Shown: one piece after another, positions 29,797 to 39,251 of the stretch
Position numbering within the stretch: position 1 is the first letter of the stretch
Layout: each line of letters opens with the position of its first letter
Assembly (NCBI GenBank): GCA_965222115.1
Contig: CBDCTJ010000007.1
Location: forward strand, 1,984,001 to 2,048,000
Length of the DNA stretch: 64,000 bases
Origin: Planctomycetota bacterium
GTDB lineage: Bacteria > Planctomycetota > PLA2 > JAEUHO01
Reading direction: 5' to 3'
Made by a program: the position numbers and the translations under genes
The notes under the pieces: model-generated
Told to the model about the DNA's origin: nothing
What the model saw: the letters and a program-made list of their open reading frames with translations, nothing else
Databases searched by the model: none

Positions 29797-32754
29797 ATGG
29801 AATCGCCCGTGTCTCGCCGATCCACCTGGGGAATGCTCCTGCTACTCCTGTCCGCGGGCATCTTTTTGTATGTTCGAGATCACTATGAAACACAGCATGG
29901 GACGCACTCGCCGGGTGCCGACGACGCAAGTAAGTTCGAGGGTACCGGGTTCACTCCCTACGTTGGCACTCGTAGAGTGCTTAGAGAGTCGCCGACGCCT
30001 AGTACAGCGCCTGTTCGTCACATGCCCGTCCAGGGTCGAGTAATTGATGCCGTGTCAGGCGTCGGTATCGCCGATGTTCGTGTTCATCTCATTCAATACC
30101 CTCGTGCCGTTGAACGGGTTCATTCGTCTACGAATCTCAATGGTGAGTTCTCAGTTGACGTTCCGGTATTCGACGACGCAAGCAAAAACGCGTGGATGGT
30201 GATCCCTCAGCACAGTCAGTACTTCGCGTCAATATGGTATGAAACTGACCACACTCAATCTGATCGGCCGCATGCGTCCAACAACAATTCGTTTGGACAC
30301 CTGGTGCTTGACGCCGCAGCAGAGCGCACGGAGCCCTTGGTCGTACGCATGGAGCCCGGTCAGTTGCTACATGGCATCGTATTGGATCCGGATGGCAAAC
30401 CGATTTCAGGCGCACGAATCGAAACAACAGAGTTTCCACCATCTGGTTCGTCTATGACCCGCGTTGCCAAGAGGCACTGGCTTCATATGTTTCCGGAAGT
30501 CCAAACGGATCATCGGGGACGATTCGCCGTTTCGAGGCTACCGCTAGAGCGAGCGTCGATTCACGTGTCTGCCACGCATGATCATTGGGTAGCGCGGTGG
30601 CAAGGACCGATCGATCCCGATCAGCATGAAGAGATTGAGATTACGATGGTGCGACCCGCCTCGCTCGAGATTCACGTCAAAGGAGCCAAAGGAAGCGCGT
30701 TCAACGCCACAGCCAGATCTGCCGGTCGATGGAACACGACAAGTTCACAGCGCAGGACAAGTGTAGCTTCGCCTATTGTCATCAAAGGACTGCCCCCGGG
30801 TTCCGCCGACGTCACGCTAAGCTCGGACGACGATCGCGATCGGGAGTCCAGTGTGGAAGTTTCGGATCTCAAACCCGGGGAACTACGACGTGTCGAGATC
30901 GAAGTGACGCGCGCCCACGTCGTGCGAGGAACTCTCGTTGACTCCAACGGATTCCACTTGAACGATGAGATACTGGAACTGCGCCCACCGAAACGTGAAC
31001 GCGCTATCGATTCCTCCAGGACATGGGACAGTGGCGAGTTTCGGTTTCGAAACGTGGAGACGCCCGGTCCCTTTGAACTATGGCTTGTGACGGGAGACCG
31101 TTCCGAGCGTTTAAGATCTCATGTCTTCGCTGATGGTAAGCGGATCGAGGTTGTGTCGAGCCAGACGCCGTTCGAGACGCTTAAGATTCAAGCGCTGGAT
31201 GAACGCGGCGCCGTATTTCGACGCGCGCATGTCAGCGTGGAGAGTCTTGATGACGCGAGTTGTGACGTCGAACGCGTGGGCGGGGAATCGCTTTTAGGCG
31301 AACATGCGTTTCGCGTGTCTGGGAAAGCGCCGGTGGTTGTCAAGATCTCGCCACCACGCGAGTCAGGCGCAGCGTCGTCTCCCTATTTCCATAAGTGTGT
31401 TTACTTGTCACGCATCCCCCGAGAAGTTGTTGAGATACAGTTGACGAAGTATCCCGAGCTTGTCGGGCAAGTCGTCGATGAGCGCGGCCAGGCGATCGTA
31501 GGCGCCAAACTAACGCTGAAGAATGGCGATGTTGTGTCCATTGATAGTCATGGATGCTTTCGCCATCCACTGGAGAACCACGAGAAACGTGGGTCGCGTG
31601 ATAATTATTTTGTGCGCGCCAAGCTCGTGGTGCCCGCCAATTTCCGGCCGGACCGCGAGCGCTCGCATCTAAGCAGCAGGTCGTTCAATCGGATTCTTGT
31701 GTATCGTCACGGCCGCGAAATTCGAGGTGGTTTGCTCGATGTTGATGGACGGCCGATTGCCCTCAAGAGCGTGCGTATAGACGCGCGCTGGGGCTCGATG
31801 CACGAAGGCATTGCTGTTGGCAAGTTCGCGACTGCGCATACGAATGATGGGGGGCGATTCCGATTCGCGGCGATGCCGGCAGGTTTGGTACAAGTCATTC
31901 TCAGTAAGAACGAACTCGCCGAACACGGCTACGTTTCAAAGAGTGCCTTTCTAAATGCTGGCGATGAAGAGACCAATTTTGTTCTTCGAAAAGGAAGCCG
32001 TCTGTCGGGCCGGCTCACGGGACTGCCTCTGACTGATGTGGATCTTCGACGAATGCGAGTGTTCACCACGCTAGCAGGAGTTCAATACTACGCGAAGTTA
32101 GAACGCAAACATGGTTTGATTACGTATCGATTCGATGGCCTGCCGCCTGCTTCGTACGACATCGTTGCCGTCGCGGATGAACCCTTGTTTATAGGCGTGC
32201 GCCGTGGCGTGCGCGCGCCCTCGGAAGGTGTAGAAATTCGTGTCCGCGTTCCAACTGGCACGATTGTGGGCACTGTTGATGTATCGCTGATCCCGATCCA
32301 CACGAATGTAAGAGTTCGGGCTTACTCAGAAGACGGGCTTGCGTTGGGGCACTCCACGACCTACGACTTGCGGGAATTTCGCCTCGAACAACTTCGTACG
32401 GATGTGACCTATACCCTTGTTGCCCAGCCCAGCATGTCTTCGTTCGATGGCGGTGAAGCCGTGGCTATGAAGCGCGGCGTGCGGGCGGGCGACACCGTGC
32501 ACTTGGTGCCGGTCGTGGGTTCGTACGTAGAGGGTCGTGTGGTGAGTGCGGCCGCACATATTGACTACATCAAAGCCGCGAACGGATCTGCCGAGTTTGA
32601 GGCTTACATCGATGAATCTACGGGCGGGTTCTGGATTGGCCCGCTTCCCCCGGGAACGTACTCCATTATTGCGGAAAACTCGGACTTGGGTGTCGTCAAG
32701 CGTATCGACGGCGTCACACCTGGTACCGACGAAGTGCTTTTGATCGAACGATAA
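29797..32754 (+). CDS. Membrane-anchored carboxypeptidase-regulatory-like (beta-sandwich) repeat protein, paralog A1
   Basis: N-terminal TM; repeated G.V.D..G.PI.GA / TD..GRF / GLPPG motifs. Track start 29686. Confidence 0.8.
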   Translation: MESPVSRRSTWGMLLLLLSAGIFLYVRDHYETQHGTHSPGADDASKFEGTGFTPYVGTRRVLRESPTPSTAPVRHMPVQGRVIDAVSGVGIADVRVHLIQYPRAVERVHSSTNLNGEFSVDVPVFDDASKNAWMVIPQHSQYFASIWYETDHTQSDRPHASNNNSFGHLVLDAAAERTEPLVVRMEPGQLLHGIVLDPDGKPISGARIETTEFPPSGSSMTRVAKRHWLHMFPEVQTDHRGRFAVSRLPLERASIHVSATHDHWVARWQGPIDPDQHEEIEITMVRPASLEIHVKGAKGSAFNATARSAGRWNTTSSQRRTSVASPIVIKGLPPGSADVTLSSDDDRDRESSVEVSDLKPGELRRVEIEVTRAHVVRGTLVDSNGFHLNDEILELRPPKRERAIDSSRTWDSGEFRFRNVETPGPFELWLVTGDRSERLRSHVFADGKRIEVVSSQTPFETLKIQALDERGAVFRRAHVSVESLDDASCDVERVGGESLLGEHAFRVSGKAPVVVKISPPRESGAASSPYFHKCVYLSRIPREVVEIQLTKYPELVGQVVDERGQAIVGAKLTLKNGDVVSIDSHGCFRHPLENHEKRGSRDNYFVRAKLVVPANFRPDRERSHLSSRSFNRILVYRHGREIRGGLLDVDGRPIALKSVRIDARWGSMHEGIAVGKFATAHTNDGGRFRFAAMPAGLVQVILSKNELAEHGYVSKSAFLNAGDEETNFVLRKGSRLSGRLTGLPLTDVDLRRMRVFTTLAGVQYYAKLERKHGLITYRFDGLPPASYDIVAVADEPLFIGVRRGVRAPSEGVEIRVRVPTGTIVGTVDVSLIPIHTNVRVRAYSEDGLALGHSTTYDLREFRLEQLRTDVTYTLVAQPSMSSFDGGEAVAMKRGVRAGDTVHLVPVVGSYVEGRVVSAAAHIDYIKAANGSAEFEAYIDESTGGFWIGPLPPGTYSIIAENSDLGVVKRIDGVTPGTDEVLLIER

Positions 32755-32877
32755 TGTCACGCTCATCGTGACCATCGTACGTGCCTTAAGCAACACAGAT
32801 GATTGTTCAATGCGAATTCGTTAGAATCATTCCGTTGGCTCATCACACCGTTCCCCATGATCAAAGAAGGGTTTCAC

Positions 32878-35877
32878 GTGTCAAAACATGCGGCTGCAGT
32901 AGTGATCACTCTACTCGTGGTTAGTTGCCTGTTCCTGCTCCTACGTGACTCCCGCAGCGAGCGACGGGTCCATCCTGAGACCCAAAGCAATGCATCGGTT
33001 GAGCTCAATCGAGCAGAGCAAAAAGGCGGAGCGCTGCAAGCGGCACTCACTGAGCCGTCGAAACCTGCGCTGGCCGAACGAGATTGGTCGCCAGAGTTGT
33101 TGGCGGCGTCACTTGGCGATATCGCGGTGTCCGGCATTGTGCGGGACGCTGGGACGAGGAAGGGCGTAGCCAACGTCAGCGTCGTTATTCAGGGTGACGA
33201 AGACACAGAATCGACCCGAACGGTGACAACGGGTGAGGATGGAACGTTTGCGTTGCGCGTGCCGTATTTCCAGGACGCGAAGAAGAACAACTGGCGCGTG
33301 TTTCCGGTGCATCAATCGTATTTCTTGCCCTATTGGTTCGAATATTTCACGCACCAACTTCGGCAGAATGGGATGTCCATTGGCGCGTTGGTTCGTGATG
33401 GCGCAGAAGGCGCAGGCCTGTTCATTCGAATTGACGCCGACGATCCCACGCCCCAGTCCCTCTCGATAGATCTGAAGCGAGGGGCGCGCGTCGTCGGGCG
33501 TGTCGTGGATGCGAGCGGAACACCCATTTCCGGTGCAAACATCATCACCCATCTCACGCAGCACGACATGATGACGCGATTGATCGATAAGTACGCGTCT
33601 CGTAGCAAGGTGCCGCCGGTCGTAACGCGTGAGGATGGCTCGTTTGAACTGGCCAACATTCCTACGTCCGTCGCTTCATTTGAAATTGCTGCGACGCATC
33701 CCGAGTGGGTGTCACGGTGGCATGGGCCGTTTGAGCCTTCAGACGACACGAACGTAGACATCGTGATGCAGCGCGCGGCATCCTTGGAAATCGATCTCAA
33801 AGGGGTATGGGAAGCGCAAGTTGACATCCAAACGAAGGGCGCTGGACGTTGGGCAGATTGCGAGTCGTCCACATGGTCTGACATCGGCAAGACGGCAGTC
33901 GTTAGGCGTGTACCACCGGGCGATGTCTCCCTTCGTGCGAGATTTCTAAACACCGAGGACACATCCAAATCGATCACCGTGCATGACCTCAAGCCTGGAG
34001 AGAGGCGGCGCGTTTCTCTTTCGCTGGCCGAGTATCACCAGATTGCGGGATCATTGGTAGACGAGAAGGGCGGTGCGATTGCGGAGGAGTCACTTGAACT
34101 GCGGCTTGATGATGGGCGTCGAGTCGTCGGTGAGTGTAGTACGGGAGACGCGGGGGAGTATCAGTTCGACGGGCTCACCGAGCCGGGACACTACTCGCTT
34201 TGGATCGTTACTGCGAATCGAGTCGAGCAGATCAAGGATCGTGTTTCATTGGGTCATGGCCATCGCGTCACTACCACGCCCACGCCTCTAACCACAATCC
34301 GCGTCAGTATTGAAGATTCCCTTGGGAAGATTGTGAAGGGCGCTCACCTGAGACTGATGGGGCTCGAGGGCCATGATGTAGAGAAGCGAAGCGACAGAAC
34401 ATCGCTCGATACTCATGTTCACACGGTGAATTTTCTGGGCGTTGTACCGATCGTTGTCTGTGCGTCCGTGCAAGAAACGCAAGACACAAGAGCGCCCGAT
34501 TGCTATTCCACGTGCGTCGTCATTGATCGCGTGAGTGCCGAAGCTGTCACCATTAGGCTTGCGAATGCGCCCACGCTCATGGGTCGAATCGTTGATTGCC
34601 GCCAAGTGCCCGTGGCGAGTGCGCGAATTGCGCTATCGAACGGCGAATCCGTAGTGACCGACGTGCGTGGGCACTACCGTTACGTGTGGCCCGAAGGTCA
34701 AAGCGTGTCGGGTGAAGCGCAAGACGACATTACCGCAAAGCTCTCGGCGCCTAGGGATGTTCGAGTTGACGGTGATGAATTTGATATTTCCTTCGATCGT
34801 TGGAATTGCCTAACGTTGTATCGCGGCGGTCGAACTATCACCGGTCGCCTGGTGGGTGAGGCCATGGCGAATCGAGGGGATCTATCGAGAGTTGACGTTG
34901 TCGCCGAATGGAAGGGCGATCGGGATCCGCGTTTCTCCGAAGGCATCTTCGAAACAAGAACAGATAAGGCGGGTGCCTTTGCTTTGCCCGTAATGCCTCA
35001 TAAGACTGTTGAAGTGTGGGTAGACAAACACGAATTGGCGAGGCGCGGGTTTCGTGCCAATCGTCAAACTATGGTCGCATTACCTGGTATTAATGCTCTT
35101 GAGTTCAGGTTGGAACGAGGTGTTTCGGTCTCCGGGTTCTTGACCGGCAGCGAACTCGACGCGACCGACTTGAGCAGGATTCGCATAGAAGCTCGTGCGA
35201 AGGACTTCTCAACCGCCGTGCATCCCGTACGCGAAGCGGGCCGTTTGTCGTTTCGTTTCGAAGGCCTTCCTCCCGGCCCCGTCGATCTGCTCGTCTCTGA
35301 AATGGGCGGGCCTCTGTTGGGCATGAAGTCTGCCGTGCACGCTCCGTCAAGCGACGTGACCATTCCACTTGACTATCCGAACGGACGAATCTCAGGAACG
35401 TTGGATCTCTCGGACGTCCCGCTGGACTGCAGGATGTTAGTGATGGCGTTTCCTCATGACGATCTTGAGTGGCCTCACTACGAGTACAGTGATCCGAAGG
35501 CGTTCACGTTCACAGGCCTTCGCAAGGAGACGACCTACACGTTGTCGGTGCAGCCGTCGGAAATGAGCGCCGGCCACAACGTGGTGGCGTTGAAGCAGGG
35601 TGTTCGCGTAGGTGAAACCGTCGAGCTTAAGCCCGTCGCGGGTGAATACATCACCGGTCGCCTTCAAGGCGCTGCGACGTATGTGTCGTCGGTTCAGGCC
35701 ACCATTGGCGTTGTGTCCTACGGTTACACGCCAGAAGGACCCGAAAGGACGTTTCGACTGGGACCCCTAGCGCCCGGTGTGTATACGATTGAAGCACGCG
35801 ATGAGAACTACGATTTGTTGGCGAGCAAGGCGGATGTGCGCGCAGGGGAGAACGACGTCGTGCTTGTGCTCAAGTAG
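32878..35877 (+). CDS. Membrane-anchored carboxypeptidase-regulatory-like repeat protein, paralog A2
   Basis: Same architecture and colinear with A1 (ATH..WV.RW.GP..P, RAASLEI..KG, AGRW, DLKPGE.RRV). Confidence 0.8.
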   Translation: MSKHAAAVVITLLVVSCLFLLLRDSRSERRVHPETQSNASVELNRAEQKGGALQAALTEPSKPALAERDWSPELLAASLGDIAVSGIVRDAGTRKGVANVSVVIQGDEDTESTRTVTTGEDGTFALRVPYFQDAKKNNWRVFPVHQSYFLPYWFEYFTHQLRQNGMSIGALVRDGAEGAGLFIRIDADDPTPQSLSIDLKRGARVVGRVVDASGTPISGANIITHLTQHDMMTRLIDKYASRSKVPPVVTREDGSFELANIPTSVASFEIAATHPEWVSRWHGPFEPSDDTNVDIVMQRAASLEIDLKGVWEAQVDIQTKGAGRWADCESSTWSDIGKTAVVRRVPPGDVSLRARFLNTEDTSKSITVHDLKPGERRRVSLSLAEYHQIAGSLVDEKGGAIAEESLELRLDDGRRVVGECSTGDAGEYQFDGLTEPGHYSLWIVTANRVEQIKDRVSLGHGHRVTTTPTPLTTIRVSIEDSLGKIVKGAHLRLMGLEGHDVEKRSDRTSLDTHVHTVNFLGVVPIVVCASVQETQDTRAPDCYSTCVVIDRVSAEAVTIRLANAPTLMGRIVDCRQVPVASARIALSNGESVVTDVRGHYRYVWPEGQSVSGEAQDDITAKLSAPRDVRVDGDEFDISFDRWNCLTLYRGGRTITGRLVGEAMANRGDLSRVDVVAEWKGDRDPRFSEGIFETRTDKAGAFALPVMPHKTVEVWVDKHELARRGFRANRQTMVALPGINALEFRLERGVSVSGFLTGSELDATDLSRIRIEARAKDFSTAVHPVREAGRLSFRFEGLPPGPVDLLVSEMGGPLLGMKSAVHAPSSDVTIPLDYPNGRISGTLDLSDVPLDCRMLVMAFPHDDLEWPHYEYSDPKAFTFTGLRKETTYTLSVQPSEMSAGHNVVALKQGVRVGETVELKPVAGEYITGRLQGAATYVSSVQATIGVVSYGYTPEGPERTFRLGPLAPGVYTIEARDENYDLLASKADVRAGENDVVLVLK

Positions 35878-35922
35878 GCGTGGGCCCATACGATTGGGAC
35901 CGCGCAGCGGACACGTGAGCAT

Positions 35923-36009
35923 TGGTGGCCTCGGTGGGAGTCGAACCCACACTCCCTTTACGGGAAACGGATTTTGAATCCGTCGCGTCTGCCATTCCGC
36001 CACGAGGCC
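35923..36009 (-). tRNA. tRNA-Leu(CAA)
   Basis: GGCCTCGTGGCGGAATGGCAGACGCGACGGA-TT-CAA-AA-TCCGT, long variable arm, GGTTCGACTCCC, ACCA end. Confidence 0.96.
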
Positions 36010-36119
36010 GTGTTGGAAGCGCCACAGAGTAGCGACAGCGCCCAGCGAATCCAGCCCTGCGGGCCAGAAAGGAGGTGAACCCACTCCCGGTATGATCGTT
36101 TCTACCACTGGAGGCACGC

Positions 36120-39100
36120 ATGGAATCGCGCTTCGCAGCTCTGCTCATCGCGCTCGCGGTGGCAGCCCTCGGTTGGTTTCTCCTACTTCGGGGCGATGTG
36201 ACGCCAGGCACGGACCAAGTTCAGAACTCCGAGGGACCAGGCAGTACAAGGACAGCGAGCGACTTGGACAGCCCCACACTTCAATCGGCGCGAGATGACC
36301 GGCAGGTGCTTCCGGCAGACGTTCAGGAAATCGAGGAGCCTGCCATACGCGCCGAGCCGCGACTGGTTGAGTTTTCTGGCGTCGTAATCGACACCCATCA
36401 ACGACCGGTCCCGAACGCTACGGTCGAAGCCAAACTATTTGGCAAAGTGATTGCCACGATGGACACCGACGAGCAAGGGCGCTATTCGTTTCGCCATTCA
36501 GTATCACCCATGGACGATCGATTCTCTGGTGGAACGGTTGTCGCGCGAGGACCCGCGGGCGAAGTGGGTTACGAGACGTTTTATTACCGCGATGTCATGG
36601 CGGATGCCCCGGATGAGGGTGGAAGCGACGAAAGCATCGAACACGAGAACATCTCGCCTATTCTCTTGCGTGCAGGTGGATCCATACGTGTTTCTGTGGC
36701 GATGTCATGTGACGACTCACTTCCCGCGCGCGTTTGGATTGTGAAACGCGAGCGCGGGCATTCGCGGGACGATGTCATCGCAGTGGACTACACCAACGAG
36801 CGTGGGCAACTCAAGTTCGATGGGCTCGAACCGGGGCGCTATCGGGTTGTGGCGGCCACAAAGACTTGTGGGCGAGACTCGGCGTGGGTCGAAGTCGAGC
36901 GAGAAGATGTCGTGAATGTGGCGCTCAGAATTCCCGAGTCCCGCACGTTGGAGATCCGCGTTCTTGAGAAGGACACCCAAAAGCCTATCGCTGGCGCGCG
37001 CGTTGTAGCCCAAGAGGTTCAATCGCGAGGTCGCGACGATGCTGCTCAGGAAGGAACGTACAGTTTCGTCTCCACGCCAAGTCTTGTTGCGACCGATCGA
37101 TCCGGCGTTGCCAAATTCCGTGGATTGGGGAATCGCGAGCGGATTCGCGTGCGCGTGAGTGCGCCGGGTCACATTGTTCCCATGCGCGAAGGCAAGGAGT
37201 CGGCGCAGGACTTGAGTTCTCTATCCCCTGAGACAACCGCCGCAACGGTTTACTTGCAAGGGCCTCGAACCGTGACGTGGAAGATTCTTGAGGGGGGACT
37301 CGATATGCCTCCCGACAATACGCGTGTTTCGATAAACGCCCTTGATGGTGTCGGCGATCAGTATATGCCCGACGCGGGTGTCATTCGCGCCGGCGTTCTT
37401 TCGGTTTCGGGATGGCCGCCGCACGTACAGACGGCCCGAGCCCAACTTCGAATGGGCGACGGTACCCGGATCGCGTCTGCCACGCTTCACGTGGGCCGCA
37501 ATGCAATCGCAGGGTCGCCCATCTCCTTTGTCGCGCACCGCACGTTACGCATCCACGTCCAAAACGATGACGGGACGCCTGCGGAGAGTGTCTGGGTTTT
37601 GCTTGACGACGGGACAAACGGCATGATGCCAAATGCCGTAACTGACGCGTCAGGCTTCGCGGCCATCGAGGATCTACCGAGTGATTCCGACACGTCATTA
37701 CCTTGCTATGTCTCGTATACATCGCGTCTGCAAGACGGTTGGCTTGTTGGCAATGTCCAACTCCATGCGGAGGATCCAGAACTCACGTTTACAATCCCCG
37801 GCCCGCGGACCGTGCGCTTCACCTTGATTCTAAACGGGAAACCTGCCCCTGCCGGCTTCAACGGAACGCTCTCGGTATCGACGACGCCAAAGGCGCTGGT
37901 GAAGATGGGCCCGACCGGCGCGATTGAGTTTGAAACCGATGGCCGAGGGATGTTCGAAGCGCCATTGCAGATTGCGAGCGCCGTGCGTTCGCTTCAGCCC
38001 AACATACGGGCCGTAGGCACTCGACAGACGGGGTACCCAACGATTCAGGTTCCGGCGGCTGGTCCGATTCAAGCGACTATAGACCTGAGGCGTGGATTCC
38101 CCGCAAACGTGCAATTGCGATTGGCGCAAGAAAGCGGGCCATTCTCCATGGTCGTTCATCGAAAATCGCCGGACGGGTTACGCTGGGAATCGCTGGCGCC
38201 GAAGGAACTTACGGTTGAGTATCGCGGCAATCCGAATGGGTCCGCCTATCGGTTGTGGTTGCCGACAAAAGGGACGTATCGCGTACTCGATGGACAAACT
38301 GAAATTGCTACGCCATCGTTCGAAGTAGGCCCAGCGATTGAAGAGCCTTCTGTCGTATTGGATCTCTCCAAGACCGCATGGGTTTCCGGTCGGGTCGTAT
38401 TGCCGGAGGGATTTCATCACATTGGCACGTCCGTTTCCCCAGTGGGTCATTCCATCAATCGCACGGCCACACGATGGGCGCCTCCTATTTCCCATAGAGG
38501 CGTCGGACGAGTCCAGTCACATGATGGGAGCTTTCGAGTCCGCATTGACACGAGTCGAGAAACGAAACTGCGTGCCTACCATCCCACGTTGCGCCCACAC
38601 GCAACTCGAGGCTACGTTATCGTCCGAGGGGCTCGATCCGACGTCGAACTTCATATGGAAGCGGGTGGGGTTGCGCGACTGTCTCTCGACAAGCCGATCC
38701 CCACGCTCGACCGCTATACCGGGCGCGTGCGTGTCGTCATTACGCCGGTGGACCGACCCCATGAACAGGAGGTGCTAGTTGGATTCATCCATGCAAATCG
38801 CAATCGTATTGACCTCCGTGGCTACCTGCCGGGGCGCTATCACATGTGGGTGGACACGCTGGCATTTTTGCCGCTAGAGTTGCGAAACATCTCGTTGGGG
38901 GCAGGTGACACCGACCTTGGAACATTTGCCGCTCAGCGTGGAACTACCCTCCGCGTGCGCGTGAAAGATGAAAGCGACAAAGCAACTTTCAGTGTCGTCA
39001 CAGTTATGGCGGTGTACCTCGGTGACCTTCCCTACACACGAATCGCTCGCTCGCACGGCGACGTGATAGAGTTGTCCGGATTGGGAGCTGGCCGCTTTCA

Positions 39101-39197
39101 TGTAACTTCTTCGTACACACCCACGAGCGGGCGAGGCATCGATGAGATTATCGAAACCGATGGCAAGTCTTCGCTGGACATTGGTCCTCCCAAGTAA
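36120..39197 (+). CDS. Membrane-anchored carboxypeptidase-regulatory-like repeat protein, paralog B1
   Basis: GGAGG RBS, N-terminal TM, repeated TD..G / GLEPGRY motifs. Confidence 0.82.
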   Translation: MESRFAALLIALAVAALGWFLLLRGDVTPGTDQVQNSEGPGSTRTASDLDSPTLQSARDDRQVLPADVQEIEEPAIRAEPRLVEFSGVVIDTHQRPVPNATVEAKLFGKVIATMDTDEQGRYSFRHSVSPMDDRFSGGTVVARGPAGEVGYETFYYRDVMADAPDEGGSDESIEHENISPILLRAGGSIRVSVAMSCDDSLPARVWIVKRERGHSRDDVIAVDYTNERGQLKFDGLEPGRYRVVAATKTCGRDSAWVEVEREDVVNVALRIPESRTLEIRVLEKDTQKPIAGARVVAQEVQSRGRDDAAQEGTYSFVSTPSLVATDRSGVAKFRGLGNRERIRVRVSAPGHIVPMREGKESAQDLSSLSPETTAATVYLQGPRTVTWKILEGGLDMPPDNTRVSINALDGVGDQYMPDAGVIRAGVLSVSGWPPHVQTARAQLRMGDGTRIASATLHVGRNAIAGSPISFVAHRTLRIHVQNDDGTPAESVWVLLDDGTNGMMPNAVTDASGFAAIEDLPSDSDTSLPCYVSYTSRLQDGWLVGNVQLHAEDPELTFTIPGPRTVRFTLILNGKPAPAGFNGTLSVSTTPKALVKMGPTGAIEFETDGRGMFEAPLQIASAVRSLQPNIRAVGTRQTGYPTIQVPAAGPIQATIDLRRGFPANVQLRLAQESGPFSMVVHRKSPDGLRWESLAPKELTVEYRGNPNGSAYRLWLPTKGTYRVLDGQTEIATPSFEVGPAIEEPSVVLDLSKTAWVSGRVVLPEGFHHIGTSVSPVGHSINRTATRWAPPISHRGVGRVQSHDGSFRVRIDTSRETKLRAYHPTLRPHATRGYVIVRGARSDVELHMEAGGVARLSLDKPIPTLDRYTGRVRVVITPVDRPHEQEVLVGFIHANRNRIDLRGYLPGRYHMWVDTLAFLPLELRNISLGAGDTDLGTFAAQRGTTLRVRVKDESDKATFSVVTVMAVYLGDLPYTRIARSHGDVIELSGLGAGRFHVTSSYTPTSGRGIDEIIETDGKSSLDIGPPK

Positions 39198-39251
39198 CAT
39201 TCGATGCCACCGCGTCGATCCAGCACTACCGCATGGCGGCGGTAGAGAATC

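Noticed and set aside
35923-36009. tRNA-Leu (or tRNA-Ser at 62707) as the att site of an integrated element
   Set aside because: No duplicated tRNA 3' end and no integrase were noticed in the window.
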